Positions 52,662 through 64,000 of a stretch of 64,000 nucleotides of DNA are shown here, piece by piece. Below the pieces are notes generated by a model. It was not told where the DNA came from, ran no database searches, and worked only from the letters and a program-made list of their open reading frames with translations. The stretch comes from Nemertoderma westbladi (Eukaryota; Animalia; Xenacoelomorpha), in NCBI GenBank assembly GCA_032718475.1, contig JAUCBJ010006630.1, positions 23,117 to 87,116 of the forward strand, read 5' to 3'. Numbering within the stretch: position 1 is the first letter of the stretch; every line of letters starts with the position of its first letter. A program made the translations under genes and the position numbers.

Positions 52662-54904
52662 TGTTAGTAGATTTAATTTAAGTCTTGAGTTTTTTTTATA
52701 CCAGTGTAACTAATTTGATAAACAACCGCGACCTCTATACTAACAGCAGAACTGTTGAACAGACCAATACCCGTTAATATCCTTCTGCCAACCTAATAAG
52801 TTCTCGTCTAACCAATAAGACACAAAGACTGCTCTACTGTTAAGTAAAGGGGATCAGGAGCGTGCTATTACTAAATTGTAAGGGTTGCTAAATACAAACC
52901 GCTACTTACCGTTAGATGGCGCTAATCTGCCGTCCGCTAATATATTTTACTAAATTTACACAACTCCTGCAAAATCGCTTGTTCCTTTCTCTACCGATTG
53001 CTCGATAGAGAGCTAACTGTTCGAATCTATGAGCCACGCAGGAATAACCAAAACAATAAACCCGAGTCGGCTCCCTAAGCTTACTTAAGACGAGTGCGAG
53101 AGGCCTTGCACTCAGAGTATTCTTACGCCTAATTTTATCACTATTAAAGCACGCTATTACCTACGTCTTTCTAATCGCGAATACTGGAGGTTCCCTAACG
53201 TAATGTGTGAATGCGAGAATATTTAAAATATCAAAATGGTACAGTATCTGTTTCTACGTGGATAATACCACCCCGAGTCTAAAACTGCCCGCGACTGGCT
53301 TTAGGCCAGCAAAACTACTAGCGTATCGTGCGTACCGAATAGTGCGTTCTAGCTGATTGCCCGCTAATACAAATAACCGCTTAGCGTGAATAGTTTACAG
53401 TACACTAATTATTACCTTAGCTACTCTCCGCTATGCTGCGTACTAATTCTTAATTTTTACTAATTAATTACAGTCACAAATATTTAACAGCGTACTAATT
53501 ACTAAGAGTTCCAGAATACGTAATTCTAATTTATCACGCAACAGGTTTCGCTAGTAATAGCCTAAATTGCCGTATTACTTTGACCTAATCAATAACTAAT
53601 TATTGTAACTAAGAAATAGAAATCAATCAAAGGAAAAGGAGCGCCTATCTAAGCATTCGTAATCTTAGGCACACTTCAATAACACACCAATCAGCGTTAG
53701 AAATCACAGTTTACAATTGTGCAATTCACTACTCGTACTCCACACTCAACGTTTTAATACGCGCAGGCCTCTCCCGGGTACATCTAGGATTCCTAACTAA
53801 CCCAATTCCTGCCCCCCTAATACTAAATAGAGACAAAACCTGGATCATCAGCCCCCTAGATACTGTACCGGCGATCGGTCTGCGTGCCGCAGTGCAAGAT
53901 ACCCGCCCGCAACGGTGACCCTGGCCAGCGTTGCCCGCTTTGAATCCTCCGCTCTCTCCTAGTCGCTCAACCCCCCGATGCGCCCACCGCCCACTGGCAC
54001 CTTAGCCCTCCATGATGCTAATAGCTACCGTAGCGGCGCATGCAAATCACAAAGTCTGACAGTCTCAGGAATCCCTTGGGATTATTGCGCAGAAAAGAAT
54101 CACATAGAACCATCAATCAAAGGTAGAAATCATAGTTCGATTGTAATTTGCAGTAATCGAAGGAATTATTGAGAAACACAAGCAAAGTAATCGCACTAGC
54201 AAATCATTCCAAGAAATTAATCAAAATTAGCAAATTGCAGAAAATACGATATCCTAATACAAAATTAGAGACAGCTCAGCAAGTAAATTGTAACAGGGGT
54301 GTGTCATGTGATAAAGCATGAACATATGAACAAATATATGAACAACAAAAGGCCCTACCGGCACACCGCCAATTTATAGGTGATCCGGATGGGGTGATGC
54401 AATAAGGTGACTCAATCGCTCTCCCATTGGCTCTTCAGTCCATGCTAGCATTAAACCAACCTGGAAGCAGTTAATCCAATAAGGAGACCGGATTGTAGCC
54501 CTATGCCCTCAAATTATTACCATATATGGTAATGGATCACGTCTCTGGCTGCTGAATGGCCAGGACAGCGTCCCTATATGCTAGCCCTATCAAACTAATA
54601 TCAGCAAGCACAAAATCCAGGGTCCGAGTAACTCGCTACCCTGGAACTATCTACATATATCCTAATACAAAATTACGTAGGTAGGGCTACATACTATACA
54701 AAATGAATGGATGCAAAATATATGGGCGTTTTAACTTCCTTACCTAAATGTCACCACACTGCGCCTTATCTAAATAATTATACTGCACAACGGACTAATA
54801 TTACGTACAGTATAACGGACTAATACTGCATACTGCATAATGGACTAATACTGCATACTGCATAATGGACTAATACTGTGGATACAGCGCCATATACCGT
54901 AACA
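52662..54904 (-). repeat. Inferred 3' LTR of element 3 (about 2.2 kb)
   Basis: Minus strand GGAGCGG|TGTTAC...CTAACA; no second LTR in the window for confirmation. Confidence 0.6.
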
Positions 54905-55627
54905 CCGCTCCAAGGGAAATCATATAATGTTTCCCTCCAATTGTAGAAGAGTATAAGGTGATGTATACAAAACAAAATAAATTTCTTCCAACCAATCTAA
55001 ATAACATAATAATTCTACTATTTACAAATATTGCCATAGATATTGCATAATGAATTACATACAAATTAAATTTACAAAATATTGTTTCTCGTTCATTCTT
55101 ACTACATAATGATTACTACATACAAAATCAAATATAAAAATTTTGCTAGGGCAAGTGAAAGGAGTAAGCCAAACCCGCAGGTTTGTCTCCCCAATCACTT
55201 CCTTCGCCTCTTTCATAATATAAATTCAAATAACTCAACTAGTGTATACGAGTCTAGTCGAAAATTTTCAAATGCTACAATATACATCAGAGCGACGATG
55301 ATGTATATATCTAGAGTCTGTCGCCCTGTGCCATAATGTATTATCGACCCGCTCCTGGGTTCTTTGGGCTCGCTCCTCTCTTTCGTCCCCTTCCCAGATA
55401 CACTAATCTACCTCTAGTCGACTCCGTTGACGGCGTCCGTGAGGCGTCACTCCCCGGAACCGGCGACGACGTTCCCTGAGCCCCGACAGATTCTCGGCTC
55501 GAACTTCTCCCTCGGCCTCGTCCCAATTGTCGCGCTCCCGTGGTCGCTTCCGCCAACTCTTCCTTCTGCAGTTGCACACGCGCTTTCTCAGACGCCCCCT
55601 GCGCCTTGCGCTGCAACCGTTGAGCTT

Positions 55628-58600
55628 CTATAATGGAGTGGTAGTGGTCGTCCTTGACTTGACGCTTGTCTCGGACCCCTCCTCCTGGTTCTTTCCCGAG
55701 CCTTGAGCTCCAGCGGTCGTCGCTGTGGTCGCTGCGATCCTTTGTTCCTGTATCCTCTCGGCGGTCAATGAACCCACTGGCACATGAGTCAACAAGAATT
55801 CGTTGCGGTATTGTATAGCCGCCATCCTCCAATCACCTCGCGCGCGTACCACTTTTCTAGTCTCCGTAAATACACCCTTCGTGATGCGATCGCAAATAGC
55901 AACGAAGTTCCATGTGTACTTATTGTCCATGTTCAATTGTCTGAAGTATTCTCGGACTACGATAACTCCAGTGTTCTGTGGAAGGTCTTGAGCAGTTAGG
56001 ATGAGCTCCTGATATTGTGGTAGCGATTGAAGATATGGCTCGTACGCAACATGCGATGGGTCTACCGCCCAAAACCCATATCCCGCTTTAAATGGTAACC
56101 AACGCATCTGCGCTTGAATATGGTAATCCGCCACACTCTCCCACTTATCTAACATCTCCCGAAGTAGGTTAGCGCTATGGTTTTGAAAGGAATCATCTCG
56201 CAGCTGACATCTCGCGCTACAGTGTCCTTTTACCCCACAATATCCACATTGAGAAATGAAGACGGTGCACGTGTGAAACGAATGGTCGGTCTCATTGCAC
56301 CAACGACAGACCTTATGCGCCGCCTCTATTACCGCGTCGCACGACTTTAGATTGTGCCTTGTGCTGCCGCACAATTTGCACCTACGCGCTTGTGGAAACC
56401 AGGCCCTCTCGTATATGAGGTCTCCAATCGGTTTTGCACTTCCTTCCTTCCCAATGTCTAATACGATGTCGTCCTCTCCGGTCAACGGTTGTCGATCCGG
56501 AACAAAGTAAACATCCTCGCCCTTGTCCTCTATCTCCAATATTTCCTCCCGCGTTCGTTTCGGATATGTCTTCTCCACCGGAAGATCTACTCCGAACACC
56601 TCTACTAACGTTTCCGGCCAGCCCTCCTTAACAGGTCTATCAGCCTCCGAGTGGAAGGGAGTACCAAACCCGCGGGTTTGATTCCCGAACCACTTCTCCA
56701 AAGCTTCTGGCGTCGGATATTCCATCGACGGTCGGTCTCCCAAATCTCCGATGTTCTGTCGATATACTCCTTCGAATATCGCTAATCCTTTCCTCACCAT
56801 CGACGTATTCTCTAACGATTGGTTGAAGAACGGGGTTAAGAAACGCTTCATCACGTCGGATTGGATTCCCCCTTTCGAGCGAACGTATTGATCTCCTCCG
56901 AATACCAATGGATGACGCTTCAAAACTCGCGCAACGATATCCGCTAATAAACAAGTCACCGTGTTCGACTCAAGCACCAAATAATATTGTAGCGACGCAC
57001 GGGGTGGCGCGCAAATGTTCCAATACACTAACGCTTGCCGCTTGAAGTGGGATTTGAACTCCGCTCCCGGTGGCGTGTTGTATTCGCCATACGCCTCCTC
57101 GTACTTCTTCTGCGTCTTTAACTTAAAGTCCCAATTATACAACAAGTGTGCTATAAAGCCCATACCAGTCTTGGCAGAGTTGGGATACTCCCTATAAATT
57201 CCAATATCCTGTGCCCATAGCAACAATAGCTTGGTGTCGACAAACGGTCTCGGCAATCTATCTTCCAGATCAGTCATGGCGTTGAAGTCGCTCTCCAAAT
57301 CGCTCTGGACTCCCGATCCCACCTTGACGTAATCTTGGTTGAGAATAGCCTCTCTAACTTTCTTTGGTAACATCCTGGCGTCGATACGCTCCGCTCCGTG
57401 CATACCTCCTCGCCTGCATACCTCCAAAATCTGTTCCCTAGGATCCTTCCCCTTCCGATATTGTGTCGTTATGATGGGCTCCGGTCTCTCTCGATCCGCC
57501 CTCACACGCATAAACACATGAGTCACACCATCGGCCGCACGAATTTGAATACACTTGCTGGTCAAACATTCCTGATGGGACCCTCCTTCATTGTCGTAGA
57601 ACATCACTCTCCAATCCTGCAGTGATTCCTCCGTTTTCCTCCACTGACGCTGAATCTCATTTGATGGGGTCCACATGCGCTCGATCGCCTTGTGGTCATC
57701 ATATCGGGTATAAGAACCCTTCCTCCTCAGCCACGTCTGGTCTACTTCCTCGTCATCTGGGAATGTAGCCACCGCGACCCATACCTTGATGTACTTATCC
57801 AACCATCCGAATAACTTACTCTCCTTCCCCGGAGCTCCAATCTTGTCCAAAGTGTCGTAATCTGTGATCTGCATTGGGACATCACGCAAGAACTTCGCGC
57901 ATAAAACTTCCCGTAGACAGTCAACGTTCCAATGGTCCGCCATTCTTACCATCGGCAAGAATCGTATCGCTTCTCGCGACTCTGGATGATCTACTAATAT
58001 CGCAGGTTCGGTGCCGTCAGAATAATACACCGGTCCGGGTTGAGATACGACCTGTGGAACAAATCCGGTCACTCTCCTCGTCTCCTCTTGATGTCTATCC
58101 GCGGTCTTATTATACTCCGCTATCCTGTTCTCAAATAACTCTTTCGCCTTCGCCGCTCGCTCCTCCTGCCGCAACGCGTCTATGTCGTCCTGATGCTCAG
58201 GTGTGGGGCTTCTCACTCGGTGAGGTGAAGTAAACGCAGTCCAGGGACTCGAGAGCTCCAAACCCACGGGTTTGGTACCCGAGTCCCGCGCCGCTTCGCG
58301 CCGCGCCTCTAGATCCTTGTAGGCTCGGTACAGCGAAATGGCCGCTGCCGTCTCTATCAAACTGGGTGTCGAACAGGGTTTAATCTCCGTATACGGATCT
58401 AATGTCGTAACGGTCGGCGTAATGGGTCTCGGAGGTCGCTTTCCGCTGAAGTCGATACTGATCATCGGGTTGCTCATCGGGTAACCTCCCTCGTTGTATC
58501 TAAGGAATTGGTGAGCTGGACATCGCGTTAATATCGGTTCCGGATGTTGCTCGTCTAATCGGTCGGGAATCGCCACGTCCTGTTTATTCATGCATTCACC

Positions 58601-59047
58601 ACACTTGTAGAAGAGCTTGTATACGCTGAAGACTTTCGGCGTCTCCTGATCCTCGCCTCGAGTCCTCCGATACAGATGCATTCCGTCGAACTGGTCTCGG
58701 ACTGCAGGTAGAGGCTCCTCGTGTCGTAAATACATATTCATATGGTATAGTCGTGCGATTTCCTCGTCCGGATCTGCGCTAATGTCGCACACGTCCAAAG
58801 CAAAGTCGTAGGGATACCGCGTGCGATACTCTCTCCGCAAGACTTCCATCCGGTCCCCCAACGCTCTCATTCTTTCTCTCCGTAATTCTTTATCATAACT
58901 TGGTTTATACTTCCCGTTCAGCTCCATCACGGACCGCCCATGGTAGTAAACGTTAGAGTCTTTACATCCTGGTCGCGCGAATGGTAGCTCCGCCTCCTCT
59001 CTGGCAGTAAATCCTCTGCGCGGTTGCGCTCTAATATCCCTCTCCAT
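55628..59047 (-). CDS. Accessory protein: CxxC...CxxH module, DnaQ-like DEDDy 3'-5' exonuclease (WRN/Mut-7/EXD type) and three CCHC zinc knuckles
   Basis: Uninterrupted ORF of over 1100 aa; ExoI VMFYDNEG, IQI, LP..V...ILNQDYVKVGSGVQSD (ExoII), FVDT, GMGFIA..LY, ExoIII-like QYYLVLES; knuckles CKLCGSTRHNLKSC, CRWCNETDHSFHTC, CGYCGVKGHCSARC; the RG-rich tail in 55341..55832 may be its frameshifted C-terminus. Confidence 0.8.
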   Translation of the reverse strand: MERDIRAQPRRGFTAREEAELPFARPGCKDSNVYYHGRSVMELNGKYKPSYDKELRRERMRALGDRMEVLRREYRTRYPYDFALDVCDISADPDEEIARLYHMNMYLRHEEPLPAVRDQFDGMHLYRRTRGEDQETPKVFSVYKLFYKCGECMNKQDVAIPDRLDEQHPEPILTRCPAHQFLRYNEGGYPMSNPMISIDFSGKRPPRPITPTVTTLDPYTEIKPCSTPSLIETAAAISLYRAYKDLEARREAARDSGTKPVGLELSSPWTAFTSPHRVRSPTPEHQDDIDALRQEERAAKAKELFENRIAEYNKTADRHQEETRRVTGFVPQVVSQPGPVYYSDGTEPAILVDHPESREAIRFLPMVRMADHWNVDCLREVLCAKFLRDVPMQITDYDTLDKIGAPGKESKLFGWLDKYIKVWVAVATFPDDEEVDQTWLRRKGSYTRYDDHKAIERMWTPSNEIQRQWRKTEESLQDWRVMFYDNEGGSHQECLTSKCIQIRAADGVTHVFMRVRADRERPEPIITTQYRKGKDPREQILEVCRRGGMHGAERIDARMLPKKVREAILNQDYVKVGSGVQSDLESDFNAMTDLEDRLPRPFVDTKLLLLWAQDIGIYREYPNSAKTGMGFIAHLLYNWDFKLKTQKKYEEAYGEYNTPPGAEFKSHFKRQALVYWNICAPPRASLQYYLVLESNTVTCLLADIVARVLKRHPLVFGGDQYVRSKGGIQSDVMKRFLTPFFNQSLENTSMVRKGLAIFEGVYRQNIGDLGDRPSMEYPTPEALEKWFGNQTRGFGTPFHSEADRPVKEGWPETLVEVFGVDLPVEKTYPKRTREEILEIEDKGEDVYFVPDRQPLTGEDDIVLDIGKEGSAKPIGDLIYERAWFPQARRCKLCGSTRHNLKSCDAVIEAAHKVCRWCNETDHSFHTCTVFISQCGYCGVKGHCSARCQLRDDSFQNHSANLLREMLDKWESVADYHIQAQMRWLPFKAGYGFWAVDPSHVAYEPYLQSLPQYQELILTAQDLPQNTGVIVVREYFRQLNMDNKYTWNFVAICDRITKGVFTETRKVVRARGDWRMAAIQYRNEFLLTHVPVGSLTAERIQEQRIAATTATTAGAQGSGKNQEEGSETSVKSRTTTTTPL

Positions 59048-59806
59048 TATGTTACGCGTATATACATATATATATATCCCAATAAGTGCCATTACGTAAC
59101 CAACTACACTGTGGGTAAATCAGTTAAATGTCGCCGAAGGACAGACCTCCCGAACCCCCCCGCCTTCCAGCAGTTCAGGTTCGACTCTCTAGATCCCGTC
59201 TCTTCCTAACTAACTATCCTCTAACCTATTCCCATGCATAGCGCAAAAACTTTGGAGATAAACTGGCCGTGACCAACTCACTTTTTGATGCCCAAACTAC
59301 TCCCATTACTCGTACTAAACTACAGTAGTTAGAAAGGACTATAGCCACAATACTCGACTATACCAAACCCACAGGTTTGATAATCGAACATCACACATCC
59401 TGCAAACTACTGAGTGGGGTCCATGTACGCCTCTGGTGCTACTAACCTTTAGCACCTTAGTTGTACTGTTGGCACCAATCTGTGGAAGTTGCTAAACTCA
59501 ATTTACACTCCTACGTAATATAGCCGTCACCATGGTTTCTAAATGCTATTTTCCAGGCTTCACGACTTTTCAAATTACTGTTTATCTATAGACGAATTCT
59601 AAAACGCGTCTATACACAGCGTCTGGAATTGTCTTGGGTTCACTTCTAATTTTTAAAATTTTCGAATTTTTTCCAAAATTTTTGAAATAAAATTTTGTTT
59701 TGATACCCACCAGACAAAACTCAACGCAAATCACCACAACCCCGCTCCTATGCATTTCCTTGTATTTGCATACGAGGAATGCATACGAAGTGAGTTGCGT
59801 CCAACA

Positions 59807-61802
59807 CTAATTCAGTTTTGAGGCAGGAGACAAATTATAATCTCCCGTCTCGATACGTGTCTCCTCTAATAACACAATATCTTGGACCGGTCGGTCCAAG
59901 GTGTGTAAACCATTAGTTTTACACTTTTTTGGGTGCGGACACTTGCACCTAATTTTCACAGTGACTGTGCGCACTATGTTTTGCACGTCTGGGTGTGTGT
60001 GCAAGATCACTCCCGTCTCCCAATACTTTCTCTTGACAATGGGTTCGGTTATCAACACGTAATCTCCCCTTTGGAGACTCCGAACCGTTTTGTACCACTT
60101 TGTTCTGGTGGATATGGTGGGAAGATAGTATTCCCGCCAATATTCCCAGAATGTGTACGCCACAAACTGTGTTACTTTCCAGCTCTTACGACTATATAGG
60201 TCGGCACTAATGGGTTCTGATGCCGGCACAAGAAATGCTGGACTCTGCATTAGCAAATGATTCGGCGTTAATGCAACACCGTCTGGCAACATAGCTATCG
60301 GCCTCGAGTTTAGGGTATGCTCGATTTCAATAAAAGCTGTGACCAGTTCGTCGTCGGTAAGTTGTTTGTTCACAGGCAATGTTTTGGCAATGGCCTGCTT
60401 CACAGAGCGAACCAAACGCTCCCAACTTCCTCCTCTCCAAGGACTTTCTGGAGTATTGAATCTCCATTCTACTCGTTGCGGCAAAAGTGCTGCAGAAATT
60501 TCCTTATTCTGTGCTGCTTTATGAGCCGCGTTCAACTCGCTATTCCCTCCGACAAAGTTTGTACCCTTGTCAGAGTAGAACGCCTTTACTAGTCCTCTCC
60601 TGGCCATAAATCTCTTTAAGGCCAGGAGCAGAGATTTAGTCGACATGTCTGCCACACGCTCGATGTGTATGGCTCTACTCGCCATACATGTCAGTAGCAG
60701 ACCCCATCGCTTGTGGGTCAGCCGTCCACTCTTTGCTTCAATCGGACCAAAACAGTCCACCCCTGTATTCGTAAAGGGTGGGTCATATGCCTGCACTCTC
60801 GCTTCCGGGAGTTCAGCCATCTCCTGTTCCAATACTCTGGCGTTCACTCTCTTGCAAACCAGACAGGCGTCGTACATAGTGCCTACTGCCCTGCTTGGCT
60901 GCAATAGAATGAATCGCTGTCTCGCTGCCGACAGACAGTGTAACTTTCCCGCGTGATGCAACCTCTTATGTATATCCCATAGAATCGCTCTTTGCAATTC
61001 CATTGGGTGACTAGGGATTATCACTGGGAACCGAAACTGTGAGTTTATGTCGACAGTCTGGATTCTCGATCTATGACAAATTAAACCCTTATGGATTAAT
61101 GGACTCCATTTTCTAAGGGGTTTATAGAGAACTGGTCGTTGAGCCGATAATAGATGGAATTCTTTAGGGAAGGCACACATTTGATAATGCTTCAAATGCT
61201 TTAATTCCGCTTGATCAATCTCATCCTCTGTCAGAGGTTGTTTCAATTTCCGAATTCGCTCACTATTGGTGCTCAATGGTTCTCTCAAATGTTTCGAATG
61301 TTTTAAACAAAGGTACGAAATGTATCGGCTTAACCACGCAGTTCTTTTACAAATTGTCAGCCAAGAGGCAGACGAATTTAGTAATTTGTCATAAACACTG
61401 CATGACTCTAATGCCAGCGACGGTTGTCCGCTATCCAATGGAAGTTTCGAATCCAAACCCGCAGGTTTGGAAACCAAAGGATCCATTGTGTCGGTCATTT
61501 TCTGTCCGTCACTTACCAATTGTGACTGTCGTCTAGTCTGTAAGGGTGGTTTTATGTCATAACTTACCCTTCCTGACCTAGTAGTCACGTAAGTCTGTTG
61601 ATCTGACAGGTCTCCAGGCCGCTCCAATGACTCTTCAGGCCGCTCCAATGACTCTTCAGGCCGCTCCAATGACTTAAGTTTGGCTTTAGACTTCGACTTA
61701 GAGACTTTCTCCACTTTGACTTCTGCATCTTCAGGCATCGGATTGGTAATAGCCTCTCTAACCTTCTAACGCTCCGCTCCGTGCATACCTCCTATCTTTA
61801 GG

Positions 61803-61859
<57 letters not shown>

Positions 61860-64000
61860 CTATCTTTAGTCGCTCTGGCCAATGTTCCTGTGTCCTTGTT
61901 AGAAAATCAGGTCCATGCAACCAAAACTCCTGCGACTCTTCCCGACAGAATTCCGCCGGCATTGCACCTCTCGAAGTTATGTCGGCCGGGTTCAACACTC
62001 CCGGACAATGTCTCCATTGTTCCTTCGTCGAAAAATCAACGATCTGAGCGCGTCTATTGGCCACAAATGTCTTTAGTGCAATATTGTCGGCCGCAATGTA
62101 TACTAACACCAAGGATGCGTCCGTCCAATAGAATAAGGTCAATGTCGTATCTAATTCCTCAGTTATCTGCTTACTTACCTCGACTGAAACTACAGCCGCC
62201 TGTAACTCTGCACGAGGGACAGTCATATATTTGACCGGCATTGTCTTTGATCTAGAAGTCACAAAGGCCGTCTCAAACTTGTCCTGACTTACCTCTCGGC
62301 GAAGGTAGGCTACCATACCAAAGCCGGTGTCACTTGCGTCACTAAATAAGTGGAGTTCGAGATCAGCTGGGAATACCAACTGATTCGGAAAGTAAGAACG
62401 GGGTACGTCTATGTTTTTCAATAGATGTAACTCGGCTTCCCACTCCCTCCACTGCTTTGCATGTATAGGAGATATTGGTTCGTCCCACTCTAAGTCGGAC
62501 AACCAAATTTTCCTCATGCACGCTCGTGCCTGTAATATAACCGGACTGATAAAGTTCATCGGGTCAAATAGTCTACTTAATGTCGATAAGCAAATCCTCT
62601 TTGTCAAAACTTTGTCTGGGCTACTGGGCTCAAATCTAACTCTTACCTGGAACTTATCCGAGTTCGGATTCCAAGCGAGTCCCAGTACTCGCGCCATGGG
62701 GATTGGTTCTACCTCCAATTCTATGTCTCCGCTCCCGCGATCTTTTACCGGGAACGATTCTAATAGGGCCTCCGAATTAGTAGTGAACTTGGTCAGAGGA
62801 AATCCCCCTGTAGCCAAGCACTCTTGCAGGCCGTGAGCCACTTCTATGGCTTGTTCCGCTGTGTCCTTGGACACCAATCCGTCGTCCATATAGAAGTTTC
62901 TCAAGATGGACTCGATTACTTCTACTGGGTACTTACCAATCTGGGCTGTTGCCGTTTTCTTTAGAACGAACAGCGTGCCATTCGGACTATCGCGGGCGCC
63001 AAATATCCTAACGTACATTTGGTATGTAACCACTGGGCCGGATAAGTCTTCATTCTCAAACCAGAGAAATCGAAGGCTATCCTGGTCTGCCTTACAGGCT
63101 CTTACCTGGTGGAACATCGCCTCGATGTCACAAGTAAATGCGAATCGCCGCTGTCTAAAACGCAACAGTATTCCAATCAAATAGTTATTCAGGTTGGGAC
63201 CATCCATCAACTCTGAATTCAGGGACATACCTCTATAGACTGCTGCGCAGTCGTTGACTACTCGGACTTTGTCTGGCTTGTCAGGGTGAGTCACATAGTG
63301 GTGTGGAAGGTAATAAGTCTGGTCTGTCACTAAGTCAGGGTCCTCTACCTTCCCAGCAAATCCCTTGGCGAAATAGTTGTTGATCTGGGCGCAATACTTC
63401 TCCCTAATGCCTGGATTCTTCAACAACCGAGCCCTTACTCCGTTTAATCTTTTCAAGGCTAAGCTGTAGTTGTTCTCCAACTTAGGTGGTTGTCGACGCC
63501 ACAACATTCCAACTTCAAAATGTCCAGTCGGTAGTAGACGTATGGTATCTTCCATCATCTCCAGCGACCGCTTCTCATCAGTAGACATGGCTAGGTCATA
63601 TCCACCGGGTTCCATTGCGTCCCTGTCCAGCCATTCGACGGTTCTGGCTCCTGTCTCGAGGTCCTGGCGTATCAATTCCTTCTGCAATTCCTCCTCACTG
63701 TATTGGAAAATGTCTAGGTCTCGATATTTAGCCACTTGACCCTCCACTATGTCTGTATAAGTCAAAACGTTACTCAGATAAGTAGCGTGGACCGCTGAAC
63801 CAGACCCACGGGTCTGATAACAGTAGTCCTCGGGTTCACTATCTGTCCGGTTGTTATGAAGTGGTTCCGACAACCTAACATTATCAGGAATCAACTCCTC
63901 GTCCGACTCGCTAAAGTCACTATAGTGGTCAATACAGGTTCTCCTAAACTCGTCTATGTCTGGTGGTTCTACTAACGGTGGTTGAATTATAGGCTGTAAT
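59807..64000 (-). pseudogene. Bel/Pao pol (RT, RNase H, integrase) of element 3, split by a single 113-bp insertion
   Basis: CDIEAMFHQV, YMDD, FSDAS, NPAD in 61849..63894; HHCC, DCFGP, SDKGTNF, WERL in 59807..61738. Confidence 0.93.
61803..61863. repeat. (GATA/TATC)n microsatellite inside pol
   Basis: Direct observation. Confidence 0.95.

Larger units (their letters stand above)
52662..64000 (-). mobile_element. Bel/Pao LTR retrotransposon, element 3 (3' part; gag and 5' LTR lie outside the window)
   Basis: pol, accessory ORF, PPT GGAGCGG next to 54904, long LTR ending where the foldback unit is interrupted. Confidence 0.85.

Noticed and set aside
55628-59092. Accessory ORF as an env gene
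   Set aside because: No signal peptide, transmembrane anchor or fusion-protein pattern seen; nuclease and knuckle motifs are present instead

Overview
Animal (probably invertebrate) genomic DNA made almost entirely of nested retroelements, with one recognisable host exon (extracellular LRR protein, minus strand, 10417-11162). Target-site duplications (TSDs) allow the nesting to be reconstructed. A full-length RTE-clade LINE (LINE A, minus, 12637-47908) contains an internally deleted RTE element that itself carries a solo LTR, Bel/Pao element 1 (18005-29700), and a second full-length RTE LINE (LINE B, plus, 29770-47577). LINE B contains Bel/Pao element 2 (30212-43981) and another solo LTR. Outside the nest are the 3' end of a Bel/Pao-like element (1-~2712), a pol-less LTR element (3431-9901), piggyBac-type non-autonomous elements, and the 3' part of Bel/Pao element 3 (52662-64000). 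Two signals stand out. (1) This Bel/Pao lineage carries a large extra gene downstream of pol: a zinc-binding N-terminal module, a WRN/Mut-7/EXD-type DEDDy 3'-5' exonuclease and three CCHC knuckles. It is open in element 3 and homologous remnants occur in three other elements. (2) The three LTR elements whose PBS is visible lack a TGG tRNA-type PBS. Their PBS is instead complementary to a 10-11 nt segment of their own LTR, with compensatory changes between elements 1 and 2, which suggests Tf1-like self-priming. Elements 1 and 2 are also complementary deletion derivatives. All homology calls were made by eye; no searches were run.
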